A stretch of 64,000 bases of DNA from Anaerolineales bacterium (GTDB lineage Bacteria; Chloroflexota; Anaerolineae; Anaerolineales; E44-bin32), in assembly GCA_034417075.1 (NCBI GenBank), contig DAOULU010000037.1:41915-105914 (forward strand). The letters run 5' to 3'. Positions 49,708-59,985 of the stretch are shown here, in pieces (the stretch's first letter is position 1; each line of letters opens with the position of its first letter). The position numbers and the translations under genes were made by a program. The notes beneath the pieces are model-generated. The model had not been told where the DNA came from. It was given only the letters and a program-made list of their open reading frames with translations, and made no database searches.

Positions 49708-51119
49708 CTGCCCAGGAATCGCGAAGACGTCATCGTGGGTTGCGCACGGAAGAGCGCCGCGCCATATTGATATTCGGGGATTTGCTCGCCTCTTCACTGG
49801 CGACGTTTTTCGCACTGACGTTGTGGGCTCAATTTGATTGGCTCGGATTTTCCTGGGATTTCATCGTTGAACGCGCTTCCTGGTTCATCTTGCTGCCTCC
49901 GATTTGGGTTTTGTTGATGACCAATCTCTACAACATGCAGCGAGCCGGATCGTGGCGAGAGACGATTCGAGGGGTTTTGATCGCCGCGGCGGGTGGGGTG
50001 ATTCTCTACCTGGTCGTTTATTTTTCATCCCAACCCGGATCTCTGCCACGGCGTGGTGTACTCTACTTTCTCGGTTTGGCGGTCGGCTTAACGCTTCTAT
50101 GGCGATGGATGTATTTACGGGTTTTCACCGCCCCGGCGTTCCTGCGGCGTATTCTCATCGTTGGCGCGGGCAATGCCGGTCGCACGCTGTACAGCGCAAT
50201 AAAAAGCATCGAAACCCCTCCGTTTCATACCCTGGGGTTCGTGGACGATGATGCAGATAAACAGGGTACGGAGATCGAAGGATTGCGTGTCATGGGGAAT
50301 CACGCCAGCTTGCTCGAATTGATCGACGGCCAAGCGGCAACCGATCTAGTCGTCGCTATTCAGGGACCGATGTCGGGTGAGATGTTCCAGGCGTTGCTGG
50401 ATGCACAGGAGCATGGCATCCAGATCACGCGCATGCCGGTTGCTTACGAGGAATTATTGGAGCGCTTGCCCATTCATCATCTGGAATCGGATTGGTTGCT
50501 GCGGTCATTTGTAGATGAGTTAAGTGTCTCCAGTTTTTACTTGCTCATTAAACGGCTGATCGATATCGCCGGGGGTCTGGTGGGGATCATCGTTTTTTGT
50601 CTCTCGTACCCCTGGGTGGCGCTAGCCATTCTCGTGGAGAGCGGCCGGCCGATTCTCTTCACGCAGGAACGCTCGGGTCAGGGTGGACGCCCTTTCAATC
50701 TCCTGAAATATCGAACTATGTTCCAGGATGCTGAAGCCGACGGGGTGGCGCGCTGGGCGAATGAGGGCGATCCACGGACGACACGTGTCGGCATCGTTCT
50801 ACGTAAAACCCACCTGGATGAATTTCCGCAGTTCCTGAACGTGTTGCTCGGGGATATGAGCCTGGTCGGGCCTCGCCCCGAACGCCCCGAATTAATCGCC
50901 GAGTTGGAGAAACAGATTCCTTTCTATCGGGCTCGCCTACTTGTAAAACCGGGCATCGGGGGCTGGGCTCAAGTTAATGGCGGGAAGTTGGCTTCATTGG
51001 AGGGTTCGGCCGAAAAACTGGAATTCGACCTGTACTACATAAAACATCGCAGCGTGCTGTTGGATTTGTGGATCATTTTGCGTACGATCGGCTCAATCGT
51101 TGGCTTTAAAGGAGTGTAA
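49704..51119 (+). CDS. Priming polyprenyl-phosphate glycosylphosphotransferase (WcaJ/WbaP-type, large)
   Basis: KRLIDI, KYRTM, LDEFPQFLNVLLGDMSLVGPRPE, GWAQVNG, DLYYIK. TTG start overlaps the upstream stop. Confidence 0.9.
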   Translation: MTAQESRRRHRGLRTEERRAILIFGDLLASSLATFFALTLWAQFDWLGFSWDFIVERASWFILLPPIWVLLMTNLYNMQRAGSWRETIRGVLIAAAGGVILYLVVYFSSQPGSLPRRGVLYFLGLAVGLTLLWRWMYLRVFTAPAFLRRILIVGAGNAGRTLYSAIKSIETPPFHTLGFVDDDADKQGTEIEGLRVMGNHASLLELIDGQAATDLVVAIQGPMSGEMFQALLDAQEHGIQITRMPVAYEELLERLPIHHLESDWLLRSFVDELSVSSFYLLIKRLIDIAGGLVGIIVFCLSYPWVALAILVESGRPILFTQERSGQGGRPFNLLKYRTMFQDAEADGVARWANEGDPRTTRVGIVLRKTHLDEFPQFLNVLLGDMSLVGPRPERPELIAELEKQIPFYRARLLVKPGIGGWAQVNGGKLASLEGSAEKLEFDLYYIKHRSVLLDLWIILRTIGSIVGFKGV

Positions 51120-51120
51120 T

Positions 51121-52047
51121 TTGACGCTTTCGTTGGTAACCGGCGGCGCGGGTTTCATCGGATCCCATCTGGTACAGGCATTACTCGAAGAGGGGGATAC
51201 GGTCCGCGTCTTGGACGATCTCTCCACGGGAGTTAAAGAGAATCTCGAGGGGCTTGCCGTTGAACTGATTGTGGGGGACATCCGGGACGAGCGTCTCGTG
51301 CGTGAAGCATGTGACGGAGCAGAGCGTGTGTTTCATCTGGCGGCTCTTGCATCCGTAGCCGCCTCGATGAGTGTCCCGCTTCAATATTATGACGTCAATC
51401 TTCTGGGTTCGGTGAACGTCCTACGTGCGGCCGTCGATTCAGGAGCGTCGCGTGTGGTCCTCGCCTCTTCAGCCGCCGTGTACGGGAATACTGACGGAAT
51501 AGTGCACGAAGACACGGAGAAGCACCCGCTTTCTCCCTACGCGGATGCCAAGTTGGCGATGGAAAGCGCAGCGCGCACGTTTTCGTCTGCCTACGGATTG
51601 CCTGCCGTCGCGTTGCGTTTCTTCAACGTCTACGGTCCCAAACAATCCCCCGACTCGCCTTATGCGGCAGTGATTCCGCTTTTCATCCAGGCCATGCTGA
51701 ACGGCGAAGCCATAAAGATCGAAGGCGATGGGAAACAAACCAGGGATTTTGTATTCGTTCGCGACGTCGTGCGTGCCTTGTTGCTCGCGGCATCACGGGA
51801 GGAAGCGATCGGCGGTGTCTTCAATGTGGGCGGCGGACGTTCGATCACCATCCTCGAACTGGCCCAAACCTTGCAGCGAATCTTTCCAGAAGCGCCGCCT
51901 CCGATCCATGTGGAACCGCGAGATGGAGATATTCGCTTTTCCGAAGCGAGTATTGAGCGTATTCGGACGGCGTTGGAATATCGCCCGAATACCGACTTGA
52001 TCGAAGGCTTACAAATCACGGTACAATGGTTCCGAAATAAGGAGTAA
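51121..52047 (+). CDS. NAD-dependent epimerase/dehydratase (UDP-Glc/GlcNAc 4-epimerase-like)
   Basis: [39 protein letters not shown]. Confidence 0.85.
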   Translation: MTLSLVTGGAGFIGSHLVQALLEEGDTVRVLDDLSTGVKENLEGLAVELIVGDIRDERLVREACDGAERVFHLAALASVAASMSVPLQYYDVNLLGSVNVLRAAVDSGASRVVLASSAAVYGNTDGIVHEDTEKHPLSPYADAKLAMESAARTFSSAYGLPAVALRFFNVYGPKQSPDSPYAAVIPLFIQAMLNGEAIKIEGDGKQTRDFVFVRDVVRALLLAASREEAIGGVFNVGGGRSITILELAQTLQRIFPEAPPPIHVEPRDGDIRFSEASIERIRTALEYRPNTDLIEGLQITVQWFRNKE

Positions 52048-52056
52048 AAATAGTAT

Positions 52057-53958
52057 ATGCGGCCTAAGCCGATTCTGCAGATTCGCAATCGATATTTACT
52101 CGCTGTTGACTTGTTCTTAATCGTCACCTCGGTTCTGGCCAGCTTCGCCCTGCGCCTCGAATTGGGAGCTGCGTTCATGAATTACCTCCCTTCGGCCTGG
52201 ATCATGGTGATTGCTGCTTTGGTGATCAAACCGACGGTTTATTATCTTTTCGGTCTGTACCGGCGGTATTGGGTGTACGCAAGCATCCGCGAGATGCGTC
52301 TGATCCTTTTCGCCACACTGAGCGCTTCGGCGAGCGTGGCCATCGTGGTTTTGCTGGTCGCCTCGGCCGGTGGTATGCCCAAGGGATTTCCACGTTCTGT
52401 GATCGGCATCGATTGGCTTCTGTCGTTATTCAGCGTTGGTGGCTTGCGTATCATCGTGCGCGTGCTCAGTGAAAGCGGACAAGTGAGTCAAAAAACGGAC
52501 GGTTTGGCAGGCGCCAAACGGGTCGTTATCGTAGGCGCGGGCGACGCCGGCGTGCTCGTCGTGCGTGAAATGCAACGCAACCCTCAACTGCATATGCTGC
52601 CTGTCGCATTCGTCGATGATGATACGGAGAAAATCGATAAGGAGATTCACGGCGTTCCAGTAGCGGGGCGGCTTGGAGAGTTGCTGTCCGTTGTGGAAAA
52701 ATACTACGCGCACGAAGTTGTGATTTCCATCCCCACGGCGCCCGGACATGTGGTACGCCTGGTCACCCATCTGTGCCGCTCGAGGGACATCCCCTTTCGC
52801 ACGATGCCGGGCATGTATGAACTAATCGGCGGCAGCTTGAGTGTCAGCCGTTTGCGTGACGTCGACATCAGCGACTTGCTGCGGCGCGAGCCCGTGTGGA
52901 TCGACGACGATTCGCCCACTCGGGTGCTGCGCGGTAAACGGATTTTAGTGACCGGCGCAGGAGGCTCGATCGGCCTGGAACTTTGCCGCCAAATCGCCCG
53001 CTGGGGACCAGCGCAGCTGGCGCTGCTGGGGCACGGAGAAAACAGCATCTTCGATGCCTTACTCGAGCTTCGCGAGGATCATCCCAACCTGCCGCTCGTT
53101 CCCATCATCGCCGATATACGCGACGTCGATCGCATGCACGACGTTCTCTCGAGTTTCCGCCCCGAAGCGATCTTTCACGCCGCAGCACACAAGCACGTGC
53201 CCTTGATGGAGCTGAATATCGAGGAAGCCGTTACCAACAATGTCTTGGGAACGAAAAGCGTCGTTGAGGCGGCATTGGCCTGCGGAACTGAACGATTGGT
53301 GCTCATCTCCACGGACAAAGCCGTACAGCCGAAGAGCGTGATGGGCGCGACGAAACGCATGGCGGAAATGATCGTACGCGATGCCGCAGACCGGAGCGGA
53401 CGGCCGTTTGTCTCGGTGCGTTTCGGCAACGTTTTGGGCAGTCGGGGCAGCATCGTGCCCATTTTCAAACGCCAGATTGCGCACGGTGGGCCGGTGACGA
53501 TCACACATCCGGAAATGCGGCGTTATTTTATGACCATCCCCGAAGCGGTCCACCTCGTACTGCAAGCGGCCGGTATGGGAATCGGGGGGGAGCTGTTCGT
53601 GCTGCGTATGGGCGATCAGGTGCGTATTCTCGATTTGGCCGAGGATCTGATCCGACTATCCGGATTTAAACCCGGCGAAGATATCGAGATCGTTTTCACC
53701 GGCATTCGACCGGGCGAAAAACTCAGTGAATCGCTTTGGGACGACGGTCTGGATTACCAACCTACCGAGCATGCGGATATCGTTTGTCTGGAAGAGAATG
53801 GTCAGCTCCTTGGGGAAGCGCTCGATGCCGCAATCGACGAATTGATACGACTGGCACACGAAGGTGACAAGGAGGCCATCCTCGGCCTGCTCAATGAACG
53901 CGTGCCAGGGAGCATCCTCGGTCAGGCACCTCCTCCGGATTTGACATCTGTTTTATAA
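52057..53958 (+). CDS. capD: CapD/PglF/WbpM-family UDP-GlcNAc 4,6-dehydratase
   Basis: Four N-terminal TMs, TGAGGSIG, HAAAHKHVP, STDKAV, MGATKR, RFGNVLGSRGS, GIRPGEKL. Confidence 0.9.
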   Translation: MRPKPILQIRNRYLLAVDLFLIVTSVLASFALRLELGAAFMNYLPSAWIMVIAALVIKPTVYYLFGLYRRYWVYASIREMRLILFATLSASASVAIVVLLVASAGGMPKGFPRSVIGIDWLLSLFSVGGLRIIVRVLSESGQVSQKTDGLAGAKRVVIVGAGDAGVLVVREMQRNPQLHMLPVAFVDDDTEKIDKEIHGVPVAGRLGELLSVVEKYYAHEVVISIPTAPGHVVRLVTHLCRSRDIPFRTMPGMYELIGGSLSVSRLRDVDISDLLRREPVWIDDDSPTRVLRGKRILVTGAGGSIGLELCRQIARWGPAQLALLGHGENSIFDALLELREDHPNLPLVPIIADIRDVDRMHDVLSSFRPEAIFHAAAHKHVPLMELNIEEAVTNNVLGTKSVVEAALACGTERLVLISTDKAVQPKSVMGATKRMAEMIVRDAADRSGRPFVSVRFGNVLGSRGSIVPIFKRQIAHGGPVTITHPEMRRYFMTIPEAVHLVLQAAGMGIGGELFVLRMGDQVRILDLAEDLIRLSGFKPGEDIEIVFTGIRPGEKLSESLWDDGLDYQPTEHADIVCLEENGQLLGEALDAAIDELIRLAHEGDKEAILGLLNERVPGSILGQAPPPDLTSVL

Positions 53959-54124
53959 CCGGGTTGTGAAATCCCATCTGTGATTACCAACTTGGATGCG
54001 AATAACCTGGTGCCGCGAGCTGCGACGAGTTCAACGGTGTTCAGCATCGTTTTTATGAGGAGACTTCATTCGCGCGCGTACGTCTGCCCACAGAAACGCA
54101 TTAGCCGTACGGTTTCACAGAACG

Positions 54125-54574
54125 CTATTCGGATACTTCGGTTGGGGTTGAAGTAGGCGGCGCTACTGTATCCGTGGCCGTGGGAGGTTGGGTCGAAGTC
54201 GGTGTGTCGCTGGGAACCGGTGTCAGTGTCACTGTGGGAGTTTCCGTATCGAGGATGAAGGGCGTGATACTCTGTGTCTCTGTGAAGACGGGCGTGAAAC
54301 TCGGTGTGTGGCTGGGGGGCACGAACCCGGTGTTCGTGATCGTGGGAGTCTGTGTGATGGTGGGCGATTCGGGTGAAGTAAGTGGGGTACGGACCTGTGG
54401 GGTCTCGGATGGAGGCATGCTGGTAGGAGATTGCGTTGGTGTGAATCGACTCGGTGCTTGCCGGAGCGCGGTAAATCCCGCACAGTAGCAGGGAATCGTC
54501 ATCAGGACGATCACGGTCAGCAGCGCATAACGTCGTTTTTTGCTATCTTGCAGTACTTCTGTGATAAGTTCCAT
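54125..54574 (-). CDS. Pro/Thr/Ser-rich, mucin-like membrane-anchored protein
   Basis: KKRR + hydrophobic helix ending IPCYCAG, then about 110 aa of T/P/S low-complexity sequence. Confidence 0.7.
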   Translation of the reverse strand: MELITEVLQDSKKRRYALLTVIVLMTIPCYCAGFTALRQAPSRFTPTQSPTSMPPSETPQVRTPLTSPESPTITQTPTITNTGFVPPSHTPSFTPVFTETQSITPFILDTETPTVTLTPVPSDTPTSTQPPTATDTVAPPTSTPTEVSE

Positions 54575-54743
54575 ACCCGCTCGATCATATCAAGGATGCG
54601 GTGATGCAGCAAGCATCGTTTTTTCATCCACGGAGTTATACCGCCGGCGCTTGAAATTCAATTACGTGTTTCTCAGGATAGAATCATGACTAGTCATTCT
54701 GAGCGTATAATCTTTATATACGGAAATAAGTTAGGTATCCACG

Positions 54744-57065
54744 ATGACGGTAGAAGTGCACTCGAGACCTCGATTTGAATTCTTCACTTTGATACTGCTT
54801 GTCATCATGCTCAGTATATCTGCGTGGTCTTTGCTGATTGCAAATTGGACGGATGATCTGGGGCTCATCGCCACGGTCGTCCAGTTGGCGGTGATTACAG
54901 GCTTGGTCCTGGCACGCAGTGTGTTCTCAGGCAGGGTGGCAACATTGTTCGCTACAGTATACGGCGTATTCATCACCGGGTGGCAGATCGCGCGGACCCT
55001 CGATCCGAGTTTGAATTGGCGAGACAAGCTCGTGAGCATCGGGGAACGAATCGGAACTTTCGTCAACGTGGTTGCGAATGGTCAAACGAATCGTGATGCG
55101 ATGATATTCGTTTTGATCATGGCAGTCTTGTTTTGGATTTTCGGCGTATTGGCTGGCTGGTCATTATTTCGTCGGGGAGAGGTTTGGGGAGCGATCATTC
55201 CATGCGGTGTTGTCGTATTCACAAATGCGTATTTTTATAGTGGGGAAGCTGCGGTCAACGCTACTGCAGCGGTTTATTGGTTTATTGCGTTGCTGCTCAT
55301 CGTCCGTTCCGAGATCAATCAACGCAGCAGTATTTGGCGTTCATTGCGCGCAAGTGTACCGACAGAAACCGGGTTCTTCGTTAATCGCACGGGGGCTTTT
55401 CTGGCTTTGGCATTGGTCTTGGCGGCATGGATTGCACCAGCTTTCTCGAAATATGATAGCCTGGCGGATTTTTGGGATGCGCTGACCGCCCCTCTCATTG
55501 CAACGCGTGATCGCGTCGGTGAATTGTTGGGTGACTTACAGGGTTCAGTTCGTATAAGTGCTGAGCTTTACCCCGAAGTCCTGAATCTGGCAGCGGGAAC
55601 CGAAGTAGAAGACCTGCCGGTACTGCAGGCAATTCCCCAGCGTCTTCCTAAGAACGCTGGGCGGTTTTATTGGCGTTCGCGCATTTACGATCGTTACGAA
55701 GACGGCAGTTGGTCTTATTCTTACGCGGCTTTCATACCGTTCGATCCAACATTTGGTGACCTCCAGTTTCTCAGCTACTCAGCGCGAGAGAGAATCGATG
55801 TCGAGTTAAAACCGCTTCGAGACTCGATGACGTTGCTTTACCTTCCCTCCCAACCACTTTGGGTCAACCGTGGGGCGCAGATTGAGGTGAGAGCAATCGA
55901 GAGCGCTGCCGTCGATCTGTCGAGCATCACGGCCGATGAGCCGATCATGCGCGGGGAGACGTATCGCGCGGTGGCTTCGGTGGCAACACCGACTGCTTTA
56001 GAACTGCGCACTGCTGGGACGGATTATCCGGATTGGGTCACCACCTATTATTTACAGATCCCAGATACGATTACAGACCGGACGATGCTATTGGCGCAGC
56101 CTATCACGCAAGGACAAAACACACCGTACGATCGGGCCGTGGCGATCACAGCTTGGTTGCGTGAAAACATCACCTACAGTCGCCAGATCGAGGCGCCGCC
56201 ATCCGATGTCGAACCACTGGATTGGTTCCTTTTCGACTATCGCATCGGATTCTGTAACTATTATGCCAGCGCCGAGGTGATCATGTTGCGGTCGTTGGGA
56301 ATTCCGGCACGCTTGGCGGCCGGCTATGCACGGGGCATGTACGATGCGGAGCAGCGTGCCTATACCGCGATGGCCAAAGATTCCCATGCCTGGCCGGAAG
56401 TTTTCTTCCCCGGCATTGGTTGGGTGGAATTCGAGCCGACGACCGAGCAGGATGCGCTTCTCCGTCCTTCGCAGGTGTCGGCGGGCGACCTGACGGGTCG
56501 AGATTTTTTAAGGCCGGGAGAATTAAGTGAAGGCCGCAGTGTCGAACCGTCCTTGAATGATTCTGTCGGTCAAAGTCCAACTGCTGAGGAAGGAAACGCT
56601 CCCAAGTCGAGGATCGGAATTTTCTTTGTGGTCCTCGGTATCGTTTCACTGGGGTTGATAGTTGCTTATTGGCTCTACGTTCATCCGCAAGCTCGGATCG
56701 TTGCACGACGAATCCTTAACAGGAGCCTCAATCGTGTTGGTTTTGAGGACACAGTAGATCTCCTTGACTCGCGAATCGAAACAACGCCCACGGGAAAGAT
56801 ATATCGCCGCTGGAGTAAATTACTTCAACATACGGGTGTACCTGTGGACCCGACTCAGACACCCCACGAACGGGCAGAGTGTCTTGCTGCTGCGTTGCCC
56901 GAATTGACCACCCATGGGTGGACGATCGTGGGAGCCTATACGCAGGAGCGCTTTGGTAATAAAGCCATCGCAACGGATCCTGTCCAACGTGCCTGGCGTG
57001 CATCATGGCCGCGATTGTTACACGCTTGGCTACGCCGGCTCATCGATGCCTTGATCAAGAAATAA
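54744..57065 (+). CDS. TgpA-like membrane transglutaminase-domain protein (DUF3488 + transglutaminase + DUF4129-like)
   Basis: N-terminal TMs, GFCNYYASA (Cys), SHAWPEV (His), WVEFEPT, late TM and TPHE motif. Confidence 0.85.
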   Translation: MTVEVHSRPRFEFFTLILLVIMLSISAWSLLIANWTDDLGLIATVVQLAVITGLVLARSVFSGRVATLFATVYGVFITGWQIARTLDPSLNWRDKLVSIGERIGTFVNVVANGQTNRDAMIFVLIMAVLFWIFGVLAGWSLFRRGEVWGAIIPCGVVVFTNAYFYSGEAAVNATAAVYWFIALLLIVRSEINQRSSIWRSLRASVPTETGFFVNRTGAFLALALVLAAWIAPAFSKYDSLADFWDALTAPLIATRDRVGELLGDLQGSVRISAELYPEVLNLAAGTEVEDLPVLQAIPQRLPKNAGRFYWRSRIYDRYEDGSWSYSYAAFIPFDPTFGDLQFLSYSARERIDVELKPLRDSMTLLYLPSQPLWVNRGAQIEVRAIESAAVDLSSITADEPIMRGETYRAVASVATPTALELRTAGTDYPDWVTTYYLQIPDTITDRTMLLAQPITQGQNTPYDRAVAITAWLRENITYSRQIEAPPSDVEPLDWFLFDYRIGFCNYYASAEVIMLRSLGIPARLAAGYARGMYDAEQRAYTAMAKDSHAWPEVFFPGIGWVEFEPTTEQDALLRPSQVSAGDLTGRDFLRPGELSEGRSVEPSLNDSVGQSPTAEEGNAPKSRIGIFFVVLGIVSLGLIVAYWLYVHPQARIVARRILNRSLNRVGFEDTVDLLDSRIETTPTGKIYRRWSKLLQHTGVPVDPTQTPHERAECLAAALPELTTHGWTIVGAYTQERFGNKAIATDPVQRAWRASWPRLLHAWLRRLIDALIKK

Positions 57066-57237
57066 ATGCCCGTCAAACAACCTAGACACCACGAGACACA
57101 AGTGCGGGAATCTCTTTCAGATCGGGATGTAAGTTGGTCGATCGTCGACTCGAGATGTAATCAAGTACGATTGTGTGTCCATCTTGGCTGACATATAATC
57201 GGCTGGAATAATATTTAGAGGTTAGGGGAGATACGCT

Positions 57238-58971
57238 GTGAGTACGACTACAGTTCGTCCTGGTCTTGGCGATCATTTATTACGCATCAGCCGTAAAGCA
57301 GAAGAAATAAGGAACAAACTCGAGCGTTACCGGGAGACCTTGCAGCGCGCCCGGCTCGATTTGCCGATCGGTGTGCTCGATCAGTTACAACAAATGAGCA
57401 GCACGCTGGTTGAATTGCAGAAAGAAGCGGAGGATCACGAACAAGAACGGCGCAACCTTCAAGCACTCTCGGAAATCGGCCAGGTCGTCAACTCATCCTT
57501 GGATTTACAAACCGTTTTGAACGAGGTGATGGATACCATCATCCGGCTCACGGGGGCAGAACGTGCTTTCTTGATGATGCGCGACGAGAACAGCGGAGAA
57601 ATGGAAACACTCGTTGCGAGGAACTGGGAACGGATGTCGCTGGACGAAGGGGAGATCCAGGTCAGCGATACGATCGTTGGGCAAGTGGCGACCGGTGGTG
57701 ATGCTGTGTTAACGACCAACGCGCAGACCGATCCGCGCTTCGATAAACAAGAAAGCATCGTTTCCTATTCATTACGTTCGATCCTCTGTGTGCCTTTGAA
57801 GGTGAAGGGCAAACTCATCGGCGTCATCTACGCCGATAACCGCGCCCGCGAAGGATTATTTAAAGAAAAGGAACGCAAACTCTTGATGGACTTTGCCAAT
57901 CAAGCGGCGGCCGCGCTTGAAAATGCGCGCCTGTTCGATTCTGTTAAACGCAGTCTGGATGAAGTGTCGGAACTTAAAAACTTGATGGAAGATGTGTTCA
58001 ATTCCATTGTTAGTGGCGTGCTCACGTCCGATATCGAGGACGCCATCACATTATGCAATCGGGCCGCAGAAAATATCTTGTCTACAACCCGGGAGGTGCT
58101 CCTCGGGACCTCTTTGCGGCAACAATTGGCATCTCTTTCGGATGACCTGTCCACGAAGATCGAGCAGGTCGAGAAAAAGGATAAACGGTTTCGTGGCCTG
58201 GAAGTCCATACACAGATTGAAGATCGTGGGGAAGTGGAATTGAGCCTCAATCTTTCTCCCCTAAAGACGGCAGAAGATGCCACTCGCGGCGTGGCCATCG
58301 TATTGGATGACCTGACTGAGAAACGTCGCCTGGAGGCGCAACGGCGCCTTTTCGAACGTATGGTATCGCCGGCGGTGATCGATCAACTCGATCCGGATGC
58401 GCTCCAGCTCGGAGGTCACCGGACACAGATCACGACGTTTTTCGCCGACATCCGCGGATTCACGGCCTTCAGTGAGAAGGAAAAACCGGAAACTCTGATG
58501 ACGGTACTCAATCGTTTTCTGGCAGCGGCAGCAGAAGCTATACTGCGTGAAGAGGGCACGATCGACAAATTCATGGGCGATGAGGTGATGGCGTGGTTCA
58601 ATGCGCCGATGCCTCAGAAGGATCACACCTTGCGAGCGGTACGCTCGGCGATCGCCTTGAAATCTTCCGTCGAAGCATTACATCAAGAACTGTCGAAAGA
58701 TGTGCGTCTTTCCTTTGGAATCGGCATTCATGCCGGTGAAGCTTTACTCGGACTTGTCGGAACGCAGCGGCGGGTGGAATACACGGCGATTGGCGATTGC
58801 GTCAACACGGCCAAGCGGCTGCAGGAAAACGCCGCAGCCGGACAAATTCTCATCAGCCGCAAGACGGCAAAACCTATCCTCAAGTCGATCGAGGTAGTAG
58901 AACTTCCGCCCGTCGTGGCGGAAGGAAAAGAAAAGCCGATTGAGGTCTACGAAGTCGTCGGATTGAATTAA
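57238..58971 (+). CDS. Soluble class III adenylate cyclase with coiled coil, GAF and PAS-like domains
   Basis: LRSILCVPL/IYADNR (GAF), FADIRGFT, IDKFMGD, YTAIGDCVNTAKRLQ. The K and T residues point to ATP specificity. Confidence 0.9.
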   Translation: MSTTTVRPGLGDHLLRISRKAEEIRNKLERYRETLQRARLDLPIGVLDQLQQMSSTLVELQKEAEDHEQERRNLQALSEIGQVVNSSLDLQTVLNEVMDTIIRLTGAERAFLMMRDENSGEMETLVARNWERMSLDEGEIQVSDTIVGQVATGGDAVLTTNAQTDPRFDKQESIVSYSLRSILCVPLKVKGKLIGVIYADNRAREGLFKEKERKLLMDFANQAAAALENARLFDSVKRSLDEVSELKNLMEDVFNSIVSGVLTSDIEDAITLCNRAAENILSTTREVLLGTSLRQQLASLSDDLSTKIEQVEKKDKRFRGLEVHTQIEDRGEVELSLNLSPLKTAEDATRGVAIVLDDLTEKRRLEAQRRLFERMVSPAVIDQLDPDALQLGGHRTQITTFFADIRGFTAFSEKEKPETLMTVLNRFLAAAAEAILREEGTIDKFMGDEVMAWFNAPMPQKDHTLRAVRSAIALKSSVEALHQELSKDVRLSFGIGIHAGEALLGLVGTQRRVEYTAIGDCVNTAKRLQENAAAGQILISRKTAKPILKSIEVVELPPVVAEGKEKPIEVYEVVGLN

Positions 58972-59933
58972 CCGAACAAATCGTCGTAGGCGAAGAGTGC
59001 CGGCGTTCCGCCAGTGTGCCAGAAGAGGATGGTTTCATCAGCGGAGAACTTGCCGCTGCGGATGAGATCCAACATACCGCCCGCAGCACGGCCGGTGTAA
59101 ACGGGATCCAGCATTATCCCTTCCGTGCGGGCGAAGGTCATTATCGCTTGACGTTCGAGATCGCCGAGAACGCCGTACCCTTCTCCGATATAATCGTCCC
59201 AAACATCCACGTCTTTCGGGTCAATCTCTTTAGGTTCTCCTAGCAGATCGCAGATTTGCGGAGCCAATTCCGCAATCGTTCTTTTCAATGGTGCGGCTTT
59301 TGGATCGACGCTGATGCCGCTGATCTTTATCTTACAATCGGCCATTCTGGCTCCGGCAATCAAGCCGGCCTGTGTGCCGCCGGAGGAAGAGGCTAGTACG
59401 ATGCGGTCGACGTGGACGTCTTGTGAAAGGAATTCCAGCATCGCTGCAGCGTAGGCGCTTGCGCCGAGTGGATTAGAACCACCATAGGGAATGCGGTACG
59501 GGCGGCGGCCATCGCCCCAAGCCGCATCGAAAGTCTGTTGGAGCGTCTCATCGGGGTCGGCGCCTTCAGTCCACACGATATCCGCGTTCAGCAGACGATC
59601 CAGTAGCAAATTCGCAGTCCAGCGTTCGGCAGGGCTGCCGGTGAGGACGAGGATGCAATCGAAGCCGAACCGGGCTGCGGCGGCTGCGGTTTGGCGGCAG
59701 TGATTCGATTGCGCGGCGCCTCGCGTGATCAGTGTACGTGCGCCGTGAGCTTGTGCGTCGGCAACAAGGAACTCGAGTTTGCGAGTCTTGTTGCCCCCGA
59801 ATGCCAACCCCGTCTGATCGTCGCGCTTGATCCACAATGTGGGACCGCCGAGGGACGCGCTCAGGCGCGGTAAAGGTTCGATTGGAGTCGGCAAATGGGC
59901 GAATTTCAAGCGAGGTAGAGCTGGGGCATTCAT
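58968..59933 (-). CDS. D-cysteine desulfhydrase family PLP enzyme
   Basis: KRDD...GGNKTRKLEF, QSNHCRQTA, LDPVYTG and HTGG (Thr/Thr pattern, not the Glu/Leu of ACC deaminase). Confidence 0.85.
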   Translation of the reverse strand: MNAPALPRLKFAHLPTPIEPLPRLSASLGGPTLWIKRDDQTGLAFGGNKTRKLEFLVADAQAHGARTLITRGAAQSNHCRQTAAAAARFGFDCILVLTGSPAERWTANLLLDRLLNADIVWTEGADPDETLQQTFDAAWGDGRRPYRIPYGGSNPLGASAYAAAMLEFLSQDVHVDRIVLASSSGGTQAGLIAGARMADCKIKISGISVDPKAAPLKRTIAELAPQICDLLGEPKEIDPKDVDVWDDYIGEGYGVLGDLERQAIMTFARTEGIMLDPVYTGRAAGGMLDLIRSGKFSADETILFWHTGGTPALFAYDDLFG

Positions 59934-59985
59934 TATCTACATCCTTTTCGAAAACGTCGTAGGAGTGCCGCGAGACGAGGGTTTT

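Noticed and set aside
54125-54490. Quasi-repetitive DNA (GGTGT/GGCGT-type runs) as a tandem repeat or CRISPR
   Set aside because: Explained by Thr/Pro codons of the minus-strand protein; no constant repeat-spacer period.
58968-59933. ACC deaminase assignment
   Set aside because: Has LDPVYTG and HTGG rather than the DPVYEG and HLGG of true ACC deaminases.
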